A DNA stretch of 52,516 bases from Octopus bimaculoides (lineage: Eukaryota): positions 92,118,107-92,170,622 of the forward strand of contig NC_068985.1 of NCBI RefSeq assembly GCF_001194135.2. Direction: 5' to 3'. A program made the translations under genes and the position numbers. The notes under the pieces are model-generated. The model saw only the letters and a program-made list of their open reading frames with translations. It was not told the origin of the DNA and did not search any database. This document shows, piece by piece, positions 35,129 through 45,965 of the stretch. Every line of letters starts with the position of its first letter. The first letter of the stretch is position 1.

Positions 35129-35290
35129 CCCCTTAATCTAGCAGTTCGGCAAAATAGACCGATAGGATATGCACCAGGCTTTAAAAATAGAACAATAAGT
35201 ACTGGGGTCGATTCATTCGACTAAAAGGTCAAATCGGTGCCCCAGCATGGCTGAATTCTAATGAATAAAAGAAGTAAAACAAAAACATAA
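34890..35290 (+). mobile_element. SINE family B with expanded internal (TA)n(TG)n
   Basis: TGTGGCTGTGTGGTAAGAAGCTT...GAAACTGAAAGAAGCCCATCG-(TA)n(TG)n-...GCCCCAGCATGG. Confidence 0.88.
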
Positions 35291-35833
35291 AAGAATTTTC
35301 ATTTGCATCATTGTTCTTCTGGAAAGCGAAGAACCACTGATCGGCCTTTCCATTAATCCAATAATATGAAACATAATTGGTATCAAATTTTATATTTCAA
35401 AACCGCAGGCAAGGTCTGATTGAAAAGTTTCAAATGATATGAATTAAAGGAAGATAAGAGATAGTATCAGTTTGTCGGTGTCGGAAGAAAATTGCATATG
35501 GATATGTTTCGTGTAGCCAAGAAACTACTCTCTTTAATGCACTATCCCTTACACTATCACCCTTCGGTCAGCAACGAAGGTATCTGAATCTCTAACATAT
35601 CCGATATGTGTGTGTGTGTGTCTGTGTTTGTGTTTGTCTCCCCCTATGACTAATAAAATGTGGTTTAGCTATCTAGTTATGGACATATAAATTTAGTTAT
35701 TCAACAAATTTAGCCAGATCGATTATTTGCGTAGGTCAAATTTCAAATAGCATAGGAGAGAATTACTAACGAATTCCTAATATATATATTAGGAATCTGT
35801 TAATAAATTCACTACAATATGTGTGTGTGTGCG

Positions 35834-35946
35834 CACTTTTTGTATTTATTTCAAAGTTAGACACTTTTTGTATTTATTGGAAGGTTAAACACTTTTTGTA
35901 TTTGTTCGAAAATTAGACACTTTTTGTATTTATTCGAAAGTTAGAA
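35834..35946. repeat. 28-bp tandem repeat x4 (CACTTTTTGTATTTATTCGAAAGTTAGA)
   Basis: Units start at 35834, 35862, 35890 and 35918. Confidence 0.9.
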
Positions 35947-35960
35947 ACTGAATATTATTC

Positions 35961-36311
35961 TGTAGTAACGCCTTGTCTCATGCGCATGCCTAGTCATCAA
36001 TATTCAAGCTTGGCGCCCTTATTCATTCTCTTTCTCGGCCAGCCGGCCATGAGCCCAGACGTGTCAAGCAGTCTGTCTCGAACATTCCAACTCTGGAGAC
36101 AGCTCTTTCCAATATTCCAACTCTGGAGCTGGACAGATAACTACCAACATCACTGATGGCGTCTCGGCGGCCAAGGGGCGAAGTGCTGCCTATTTCCTCC
36201 GTAAATAAATATTGTTGTGTTGATAGTTCGGAATCTGCGTTCCGTTGTTTCTTCAGAATTTAATGTACGGAAGCGGGTATACACCTAATGGTGTATAACC
36301 ACTTTCCTACA
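35961..36311 (+). repeat. 5' LTR
   Basis: TGTAGTAACG...TTTCCTACA. Contains an internal ~30-bp-period duplication (AACATTCCAACTCTGGAG) and AATAAA. Confidence 0.95.
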
Positions 36312-36313
36312 AT

Positions 36314-36325
36314 TGGTGACCCCGA
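36314..36325 (+). other. Primer-binding site complementary to the tRNA-Trp 3' end
   Basis: TGGTGACCCCGA lies 2 nt after the LTR and is complementary to ...UCGGGGUCACCA of eukaryotic tRNA-Trp. Confidence 0.85.
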
Positions 36326-37129
36326 GTAAGAACAAACGCAGCCCGGAGACTTTCCTATAATTGGTGACCCCGAGAAAGAACAACCGCAGCCGAGGATTCT
36401 GATCTACCGACCGATAATACTACACTGCCGTCGCTGACATAAGTAAATACGGCATTTCGAACAGCTACCCGACTCAAGAACAAACGCAGCCCGGAGATTT
36501 CCTACAATTGATGACCCCGAATAAAGAACAACTGCAGCCGCGAAAATCTGAACTGCCGACCAATAATACTACAATTGGTACCTCGAGCTAAAAGATCTAC
36601 AGACCTCGTTTCAACAGCCATTGAATTCGTATGTTTCGCGACGTTCAACATCAGGATTACCTCTACATTCTCATCCATCACAAGTGAAAAGCTAAGAAAA
36701 TGTTTCTACGTTAAAGTTTTTCATTTTGTCAATGACTTCCAGAGCCATAACCGAAAACTTCTTTACTGCTAAGACCTTTGTGGTTTTTCACACAAAGAAA
36801 CTTCACGGTTATTTCATCCTAACAACTTTTTGAGCAATTTCCTACAAGTTTCACGAGACGTCAATTCAGTCTTACACTGCGTCCTCTACTTGCTGAAAAT
36901 AGCAGTAAAATGCACAGTTACATTTCAGTGAGTACATAACATTTATTGATGCTTACTTGTTCCCAGTTCAGCATATTTCACACCTCTCCGTTTCTCTCGG
37001 CCAGAGAATGGAAGAGTTACTGGCTTATCTTCATTTGCACGGGATCTTTTGGTCATTTTCGCTCGCAGCTCCGAATTCATGACAGCATTTTCCAGCAATG
37101 CCACCAACGGTACCTCTCAAATAGACGCC

Positions 37130-37330
37130 CTGTCAAATTTTTGTCACCTGATACGCACCAACAGCTACCATCCCGCTTCTAATGGGATGCTTGAGCGTTT
37201 TCATAGGCAATTTAAGGCTGCCTTACATGCCTCGCCCAACCCGCAGTCTTGGGTTGAATTTCTTCAAGGTCGACGCTAATGGTCGTACAGAGATTGTGTC
37301 TGTCGACCGTCTGAAAAAGCGTACCTTGGC
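37130..37330 (+). pseudogene. Gypsy integrase remnant: end of the catalytic core fused by deletion to the C-terminal motif
   Basis: RTNSYHPASNGMLERFHRQFKAAL (the E of DDE) joined near 37260 to FKVDANGRTEIVSVDRLK in another frame. Confidence 0.88.
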
Positions 37331-38138
37331 AATCCCTCAACTTTCGTGTACGACGTGCCCGTTTTTTCAAACACCACACACCACTGTTAACATCATTACC
37401 ACCACACACATACAGAACACAGCTACAGCTACAGCTACAGCCAGTTTACAGCGACGGCATCATACAAGCATCGCCCCACGACGTCGCCAACAGCAATACG
37501 ACTCAACGTACTACCAGCATCACCAACATCGTCAACATGATTTCTCCAAGTACACAAGCAACCAACATCAACAAGCGCGGTTTTATTTCGACTCTGTTAG
37601 AGTGGATGTTTTCCACTCACGATCAACAGACATACAGAACTAACCAGCTAGGATATTCCGTACCAGGTAACACAGATCCCAGCATCGACGCTCAACTACA
37701 GCTCTGCTCCTTGACCGCAACTTCTTGCGTATGGACATTCTATCTCCTTGTGGAATTTTAATACGAACTGGTTTTCTCCATATCAGTTTTTTAAGACTTT
37801 TCACAGTCTATATTACAGACACTTTTACTATGTTCTATGTTTTTCTCACACACACACTTGTGCACTCATATATGTTTTTTCCTTTCAGAAAAAAACAAAC
37901 AATCAGACTTTTACATCGCGTGATTCCAGTTTCCTGGACAGTTGTCATCACGGTTGTTTTGTCTTTGTCAATTCATTTGTACATTGCATGCATGTATCTC
38001 ACAAGTGTACATTCATTTCTTTGATTTTTCTTTGTGTGTGTTTGTGCCACATCGTGTGGGTGGTTTCGGTGGCCATCTTGCCTCAGGCGTTCCTCCAAAT
38101 TTTCTATTTTCGTGCTTTCGGCACTCGCAGGGGAGCCA

Positions 38139-38489
38139 TGTAGTAACGCCTTGTCTCATGCGCATGCGTAGTCATCAATATTCAAGCTTGGCGCCCTTAT
38201 TCATTCTCTTTCTCGGCCGGCCGGCCATGAGCCCAGACGTGCCAAGCAGTCTGTCTCCAACATTCCAACTCTGGAGACAGCTCTTTCCAACATTCCAACT
38301 CTGGAGCTGGACAGATAACCACCAACATCACTGATGGCGTCTCGGCGGCCAAGGGGCGAAGTGCTGCCTATTTCCTCCGTAAATAAATATTGTTGTGTTG
38401 ATAGTTCGGAATCTGCGTTCCGTTGTTTCTTCAGAATTTAATGTACGGAAGCGGGTATACACCTAATGGTGTATAACCACTTTCCTACA
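38139..38489 (+). repeat. 3' LTR
   Basis: Same length and termini as the 5' LTR. Confidence 0.95.
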
Positions 38490-38704
38490 ATTCCGTACAT
38501 ATAGTTGATGATAGGGTAAAATCGGTACATTAAACTCGGTGATTTAAACAAGTTCTTCAACACCAATGGCATGGTCAACTTTGCAAGTAATGCCATTGAT
38601 TCAATAAATATCATTCCTTCCCCACAAAACATGGCTTTACGCCTCTCTTAGAAATGAATATTTTAAAGACGCATAGACAGTGATATGATTATACCCACCA
38701 ACAA

Positions 38705-38910
38705 GGCAGCAAGGTAGCAGAACCCTTAGCACATCGGGAAAATTGCTTAGAGGCATTACGTCTGGCTTTATGCTCTGAGTCCAAACTCCGCCGAGGCTCA
38801 TTTTCCCTTCTATCCATTCGGGGTCGAAAAAGATAAGCACCATTTGAACACTGGGGTCGATGTAATCCACTTACCTCCTCCCTCAGCCTTGTGTCAAAAT
38901 TTGAAACCAT
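38705..38910 (+). mobile_element. SINE family D, diverged
   Basis: GCAGAACCCTTAGCAC...CTGAGTCCAAACTCCGCCGAGG...CACTGGGGTCGATGTAATC. Confidence 0.7.
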
Positions 38911-40206
38911 CATTATATTGAGCAGAAGAGCAACAAGAAAGAGCGAGGTTGAGCAGTCAACCTTACACAAGTGTAAAGGACCATAAATTTTCTTTTGGCT
39001 CAACTTGCTTTGTGGTGGTTTCACCAAAGTATCTTTGCATGCAGGTTCTATGTTTTGCTACGCCACAACAATGGAGAGAATAGTATTATTAGCCCTCGCC
39101 TTTAATGTAGTGATTTCATCTGCTGAAAGGGTACTTTTCTGCATTGAATTCAAAACTGCAGTTTGTAAAGGAAGATAAACGGAAGATACAAAACAACAAA
39201 TACGATTGCGAGATAACATAATCACCAACAATATATTAACAATCGATTCGATGGAGTATAAAACCTTCCTTCTGAGTATATTGCATTGTGTCATTATTAG
39301 AAACGAATAATTTATTAAAGACACAAATAAATAAAATCGTAAAAAATATACAATTCATGTTATTCAGTAAATGTAGGAAACTCTCAAGTTTGAAGTATAT
39401 TTTAACATTTAACAGAATTTTATCGAAGTAGCAGTTAAAAAGGAAAAAAAAAAATTCAGAAAAAAAAATTCTTCATTGTATGTCGTTTATGGTTTTGTTT
39501 GTTTCTTTATGTAAAAGTGTGTGTGTGTGTCTGTGTGTGTNNNNNNNNNNNNGGGGGGTGAGTGTGTGTGTGTTTGCGTGTGTGTGTTTGAGTGTTGTTG
39601 TGAATATGTATGTATTTCGACTGTCAGGTAAATAGAGAAATGAAATTTTGATTGTTTAAAATTGACTACACTTTTTTTTTATGTCTCAAAACAAAGAAAC
39701 ATAGATCAAACACACACATCATGTACACTCACACATACACACACTCACACATATACACACACACACTCAAACACAGACACACAAATGTATATATATACAT
39801 GTGGATGTCTATGTTCGTAAACACACATGCAAATCTAAGTACATGAACAGGCCTATGTGAGTATGGAGACATATGTATTAAGTACATGTATACTCACATG
39901 TATAATGCATATACATCTCAACACATCTATATACACATGTATATGCTCAAAAGTTCCACAGTATTTGTCTACATTGAGAAGACTTCACATGCATAGATAC
40001 GTACCCAACTACACATATAACGTATGTTCGAGTGTAAGTGTGTGTACACGAATTAGATTATATAGGCATTGTGTGTGTGTGTATGTGATTTAGATTATAT
40101 CTGCCTATATGTATCCTCGTATTCGTATATGCGCGTGTGCATATACATATATGCATATGTATTTATACACAAACACGTACATATACATATCTATATGCGT
40201 GTACCT

Positions 40207-40294
<88 letters not shown>

Positions 40295-41029
40295 GTGCAT
40301 ATTTACAAGTTATTGCGGGTGTATGTATCTCTGTCTCCAAGTCTCTTTAATTTTTTTTTCTTTTTCTTCATAGTTCACAGTTACACACGTCATGTTCCAA
40401 AACTGAATTATTACGAAATTATAGCTTCCTGCTGGAGGCTGAAATTTCTTAGCAAATTCCAAAAAGGCGTCTATTTTATTAGAAACACTTCTAAGACATC
40501 TTCTCGAAAGCGTAATAAACCTATAAACGAATTCACTCCTTCGCTTGACCAAGAAATTAAATCATGATGGCTAACTGTATTGTATCCTCAGAATATCTTC
40601 ATCCCTCCGGACAGAAACCATGCATGAAAATATTCGACTGTATTCCTGAAAATTGAATCATAAAAACATTTTAGATTAGCAACTTCTCAGGAAATATATG
40701 ATTTATTTAATACTATATGAATAGAGCATTGAGTACACCATCTTTTGGTTTTGCTGTCATTGTCGGATACAGTTTTGTTTTAACTGATATCTTTTGGCTA
40801 ATACCGGTTGTCTTTTTTTTTTTTAATTTTTTAATTTATTTCAGAGAAACTTATACCAGTCTTTCATCTGTAGAAAAATACATAACTAGATATCTCGTTG
40901 GCTTCAACGAAGAAGAATTGTACTTGTTCGATCTAAGGTATTATCTGCTTATGGTGTTGGTCTCAAATTTTGGATGCCAGCAATTTCGACAGTGGTAGGG
41001 TAGGCCAGTAGATTTCATCGATCTCAGCA

Positions 41030-41115
41030 TTCAGCTGGTATTTATTTTATCGATGACTGGAAAAGTTGACCACAGTGGCATTTGAACTCAGAACGTAAAG
41101 ACGGCCAAAGCATTT
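41030..41115 (-). mobile_element. SINE family D fragment
   Basis: CTGGTATTTATTTTATCGA...ATTTGAACTCAGAACGTAAAGAC. Confidence 0.6.
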
Positions 41116-41132
41116 CAGTTAACATGCAAGCT

Positions 41133-41168
<36 letters not shown>

Positions 41169-41170
41169 AT

Positions 41171-41424
41171 CGTAGAGTTGCAAAGGCCCAGTGATTAGGG
41201 TAGCGGAATCGCGGTTTCTCTTCCCAGACCGAGCGTTGAGTGTTTATTGAGCGAAAACACCTAAAGCTCCACGAGGCTCCAGCAGGTGAGGGGCGAATCC
41301 TGCTATGCTCTTTCACCACAACTTTCTTCCTGTTTCTGTTGTACCTGTATTTCAAAGTGCCAGCTTTGTGACATTCTGTGTCACGCTGAATCTCCCCGAG
41401 AACTACGTTAAGGATACACGTGTC
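41171..41424 (+). mobile_element. SINE family A, 3'-truncated
   Basis: CCCAGACCGAGCG...CACCTAAAGCTCCACGAGGCTCC...GAACTACGTTAAGGATACACGTGTC. Confidence 0.85.
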
Positions 41425-41524
41425 ACCGAATGGGCAACGATAAAGCATATTTTATAAGCATTATGTTAAAGAGTGATGATAAACTGTTTTATAGAAGCTT
41501 TAAGTACGCAAGTCTTTATTCAAC

Positions 41525-42461
41525 GTCAAACATTAAAATAAAATTCACCGTGATGGGGTCTTTTAAAACGAAATTCCTCACGACGAACTTTCCCTCTGCA
41601 AAAATGTTTATGGCATAATTTCTTGTAACCCGGAACCATAACCTCGTAGATTCAAAGCGAACTTATCAACCACTCGGTTATCATGTAGCCATACTTAGAA
41701 GATAATACTACAATGTGATATTGGTCATTTTTTTAAATAACAAAGATCTGCACAGCAAGTACTCACAAACAAGTAACCTTAAGCCGATAGAAGAGAAATC
41801 TCTCCAACGTTCCCAGAACTGCTATGGATTTGAACTCTTTTCTATCGTCTGCAGTTTACTGATATTGTTCAAATCCAGTTCAACACTGATCGAAGCGACC
41901 TATGGTTAAAAGCCTTTCAGCCGTGACCATCCTGTATTTTTTGCAAGCTGTGTATATAGAATAGCGTTTTCTTTTTGTACAGTAGTGTGACGGTAGGGAG
42001 ATTTAGCTGCTATTTCTAACCATGTGGTTCAGCAGCATAGAGATTCGCTCCTTTCTCGTATGATGAATAGCTTTCAGTGTTAGAAGCCATCGATTCACTC
42101 TTCAATTCTTCGTTGCGACCAATAGTTACACTGACGTGTTCCACTGCATAAGGTGTCGATTAATCGAAATGAGCCAAGAGGCAGACCTTTCGCGTAATCG
42201 CTCAGCCTGTTAGAAATAGCAGCCAAGTCCCGATCAAATTACATCCCACTCTCTAAAAAAAAAGAATAAAAGCACCGTAGAATAATTTAATCCAAGATAC
42301 ACTGTGTCAAAGAATCAGAGATAATCTTGGTTGGAATGATGAGGAGCTTACCTCATCAAGACTGACGAAAACTTGACCATAAACATTTTTGCCGAAGGAA
42401 AATTTGTCGTGAGAAATTTCGTTTTAAATGACCCCATCACAGTGTCTTTTTAACGTTTGAC
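41525..42461. repeat. Pair of ~87-bp inverted repeats (possible MITE ends)
   Basis: 41525-41613 aligns to the reverse complement of 42377-42461 (GTGATGGGGTC.TTTAAAACGAAATT.CTCACGAC.AA.TTTCC...GCAAAAATGTTTATGG). No TSD seen. Confidence 0.7.
41905..42340. repeat. Two divergently oriented copies of a short interspersed repeat (family E)
   Basis: GGGAGATTTAGCTGCTATTTCTA (minus-strand copy, about 41905-42025) and TAGAAATAGCAGCCAAGTCCC (plus-strand copy, about 42200-42340). Related fragments lie near 32070 and 46530. Confidence 0.55.
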
Positions 42462-42700
42462 TGCCATAAGCCCCACTTGGGGATCTGCTAAAAACGGCTG
42501 TGTTGTTGTGTTTAAAGTGAATTGATTATGCACATTGCATTTGCAGAGGTGTGTTTAATAAGATTTAGCAGTTAAAGTTTGTCATTATTAACTCTGGCTA
42601 ATTCTAGAGACATTTTATGTCATAAATCGCCATTTTTTAACTTCAAAAATATTGACTATTTTGCAATTTTTTTTTTTTTTTTTTTTTGGTATTTCCCATC

Positions 42701-43085
42701 TGTGGATGCGCAATGGTGCAGTGGTTAGGGCAGCAGACTCGCGGTCGTAATATCGTGGTTTCGATTCCCAGACCGGGCGTTATCAGTGTTTATTGAGCGA
42801 AAACACCTAAAGTTCCACGAGGCTCCGGCAGGGGATGGTGGCGAACCCTACTGTACTCTTTCACCACAAATTTCCCTCGCTCTTTTTTCCTGTTTCTGTT
42901 GTATCTGTATTTCAAAGGGCCAGCCTTGTCACACTCTGTGTCACGCTGAATCTCCCCGAGTACTACGTTAAGGGTACACGTGTCTGAGGAGTGCTCAGCC
43001 ACTTGCACGTTAATTTCACGAGCAGGCTGTTCTGTTGATCAGATCAATTGGAACCCTCGTCGTCGTAACCGATGGAGTGCCAACA
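42701..43085 (+). mobile_element. SINE family A full length with probable TSD
   Basis: Complete head-to-tail copy, flanked by ATTTCCCATCT (42691-42701) and ATTTCCTATCT (43087-43097). Confidence 0.92.
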
Positions 43086-43434
43086 GATTTCCTATCTATA
43101 TCACTCATTGATATTTCATACACATTCGCATTTGATACAATAGTTTAAAAAAAACTAAAATGTTTATTATTGCAATTGAATAGAAAATGATAAATATGCT
43201 TTTTTTTTCAGCGATCCCCATTTGGGACTTTTCGGAAAATTTATCATAGCTTCAAAATAATTTACATGTGAAGAAAATTTAAATACCATATATTATTTTA
43301 ACTCCTAAAAAACTTGGCATAGCCAAGAAATATGAATTTAAAAATTTGGCAGTTCATGGGTTAAAGGTCAACAGCAACAAAAGCAACAAAATAAATCTAA
43401 AGAAAATCAACCCTAGAATCTGTTTTGAGGACAT

Positions 43435-43490
43435 GAGATTCCGTACATTATTTACATTATTTACATTATTTACATTTGACGGATATATGT
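43435..43490 (-). repeat. Family-C-like tail fragment with (GTAAATAAT)x3
   Basis: The reverse complement ATCCGTCAAATGTAAATAATGTAAATAATGTAAATAATGTAC matches the tail at 25640-25675. Confidence 0.7.
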
Positions 43491-44794
43491 CATTTCGGAA
43501 CCAATAAAATAAAGTAGCGCTCAAGTACCTTGGGTGGTTGAACCTAGGGTTGTCAACTAGCATGCACACCCACCCGCTGTACCAAATTTTGAAGCAATTA
43601 TCGTTATTGCTGTTGATTAACCATCAGACAAATGTAATAGAACAGATCTTATTATCAATGGTATTCCTGGTGTGATCATTTCGTATCTTTCTATATGGTC
43701 AAGTAGATTGGCTAATGTGCCCTTCCGTTCATGAAACACTATGACGTGGTTTTCAAGAAGATTAAGTTGATATTTCTTGCCGGTCAACTGATCACGAAGA
43801 TCACTCCCACTGGATAAGGACAAGTGCAAAGACGTTTGCCATGTAGGTTTCCTCTGTTGCGTTAACATATCAGTTGGAACATCAGCTAAACGACCATGTA
43901 CTATTTGGTTTCATCCGAAGTGCTGAATTAATATACTTAAATCGATTCACTGACCATCACAGAAACTAACGGTGCCTTGCTTAATTGAAAGAAGCCGATA
44001 TTTGCAGAGCATCATCGATATTCTTTCAATGAAAACTAGTTTACCAATTCGTCCGTAATTAGCTATCCAAAATGTAAAAGTACAGAAGCACGACATCTCT
44101 CTAAAGGGTTAATAAAATAAATATTTATTGCACCTAAAAGAGAAAGCACATTCCAATTAGTAGTTTTCTATCGAACGTTCATTTGTTCTCTTCAAAGATG
44201 TTTGAACTAAATCAACGAAACATTAAAAACCTACTGACATTCGTAACCAATCTTCAAGTTAAGCCGTTTCCATTAGCATAACAGTAAAATTTAAAAACGG
44301 CTTATTAACATTGAGAAAAACGAAATACATTTAAGTGCTTGTGTCGGCGAAACGAGGCAAGCAAGAATCTACGTTTATTTGAATCTGATACATTCCAATT
44401 TTGTATATTTTAATGGACAATATGTATTGCTGTCCGTAATTATCTTCTTAATCCAGTTTACTACTCAATATTTTCATTATCTTCAAAAGGAACGAATATT
44501 TACGAAGGAAACCATTATTATAATTATGTTGAGGGTTGTGGAGTGGCAGATGTAGTTGGGTGACTTCAAAATCAGTTCAGATTTAGCTGACTGCGGCTGA
44601 ATACAAATTATAGTACGATGTTGCGAATAGAAGGGGCGCGAGTTATAGCAATGAGCTTCCCCTACACAAATGTGTTAGGTTGTACCCACGCACAAAATTA
44701 TAATGGTAATAATCTTCAGTAACGATAACGGTGACGTAGAAATAAAATTGGTAGGAAATATACCAAATATCCAGCACTGTTATGTTGATCCCCG

Positions 44795-45048
44795 CGAGGC
44801 TATGGTCTCAAATCCTTCAACTGAGCGGCGCGTTGTGTTCTTGGGCAAAACACTTCATTTTACGTTGTTCCAGTTCACTCATCTGTAAACGTGTAACCCC
44901 TTCGACAGATTAGCTTTCCGATCGGTAGGGGTGGGCCTGCTCGACTAGCCAGCGGAGTTACGTCATTCGAAAGCGAAAACGATTCAACGCGCATTGTGAT
45001 CAGCGACGTATAACAACATCTGATAGTCTGGTCGATCACGTGATCTCA
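44795..45048 (+). mobile_element. Old SINE with the same central domain as 217-504 but a different tail
   Basis: CGTTGTGTTCTTGGGCAAAACACTTCATTTTACGTTGTTCCAGTTCACTCA resembles 373-450 on the minus strand. The downstream sequence is unrelated to the family-A tail. Confidence 0.6.
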
Positions 45049-45200
45049 TGAAACTATTTTATAAATTAAGAATATCGCTGTACCTGCGAAAAAAAAGATT
45101 CGGAGTAGGGTTTAAGGCCCCACCCAATGAACTGCGAAAATGTTCAAATCTCAGTCAATCACCTTTCGTTTTCCTTACTTTAATATTAGTCTGCCAGTAT

Positions 45201-45383
45201 GGCGGCGAGCTGGCAGAAACGTTAGCACGCCGGGCGAAATGCTTAGCCGTATTTTTCTTTCTTTACGCTCGAAAGGATTGAAGGCAAAGTCGACCTCGGC
45301 GGAATTTGAGCTCAGAACGTAACGACAGTTGAAATACTGCTAAGCATTTCGCCCGGTGTGCTAACGGTTCTGCCAGTTCGCCC
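45201..45383. mobile_element. Inverted dimer of family D heads (fold-back)
   Basis: A plus-strand head at 45201-45267 abuts a minus-strand copy at 45268-45383. Confidence 0.9.
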
Positions 45384-45844
45384 CTTTCAGTGACAATTAA
45401 TTTTATGACAAACTAATTTTTAGCGTTTGTGATTTATCGAAAAGAATTCTTAACGATCACCTCATCTTGTAACGAGAATTATAGCACCTGAGATATGCTC
45501 ATGGTGAGCTGACATTTTTTATATTGGTTCAATTCCCATTTAAAACCATTTGTGTTCACTTATACAGGTTTGAAAAGACATTAGTGTCAATTTAGGTAAT
45601 AAATAAATTATTTCTGACTGAAGCACAATGCCAGGAATTTTCAGAAGAGAATATTAGTCGAAACCTTCGATTCCAGTTCTTGAATGGCACAGGACGAAAA
45701 GTAAATACGACTTCTCTCGGATTTGAACTCAGAAGAGACGGAACAAATAACGCATAAATAAAAGTCTCTAATTTTGCCAGAAGATCAGAAATTTTGAGAA
45801 GCGGAGCAAGTCAATTACTTCAATCCGGCAGTATTTATGTGGTA

Positions 45845-45965
45845 TTATATTTTATCAACCCTGAGAGGATGAAAGGCAAAGTAGATCTCGATGCAATTTG
45901 AACTGAGAACGTAAAGAGCTGGAGGAAATGCCGTAAAGTGCTTTACCCAACATGTCAATGTTTCT
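45845..45965 (-). mobile_element. SINE family D, diverged
   Basis: TTTTATCAACCCTGAGAGGATGAAAGGCAAAGT.GA...ATTTGAACTGAGAACGTAAAG. Confidence 0.7.

Larger units (their letters stand above)
35961..38489 (+). mobile_element. Non-autonomous, internally deleted Gypsy (CsRn1/Kabuki-like) LTR retrotransposon
   Basis: Two 351-bp TG...CA LTRs differing at 6 positions by eye, a 4-bp TSD ATTC (35957-60 / 38490-93), a tRNA-Trp PBS, a purine-rich PPT-like GCAGGGGAG before the 3' LTR, and integrase remnants. Confidence 0.95.

Noticed and set aside
36303-36590. CRISPR-like repeat-spacer array
   Set aside because: The repeats are LTR-end/PBS duplications with related, unequal spacers. The context is eukaryotic and there are no cas genes.
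37182-37643. 153-aa T/Q/H-rich ORF as a captured gene or env
   Set aside because: Its N-terminal part is the integrase C-terminal relic and the rest is low-complexity. It has no TM segment or recognisable domain.
42338-42372. TGATGAG-GAGCTTAC-CTCATCA hairpin followed by GACGAAAAC
   Set aside because: It lacks the C of CUGANGA, and the putative core is sequestered in its own stem, so it is not a hammerhead topology.
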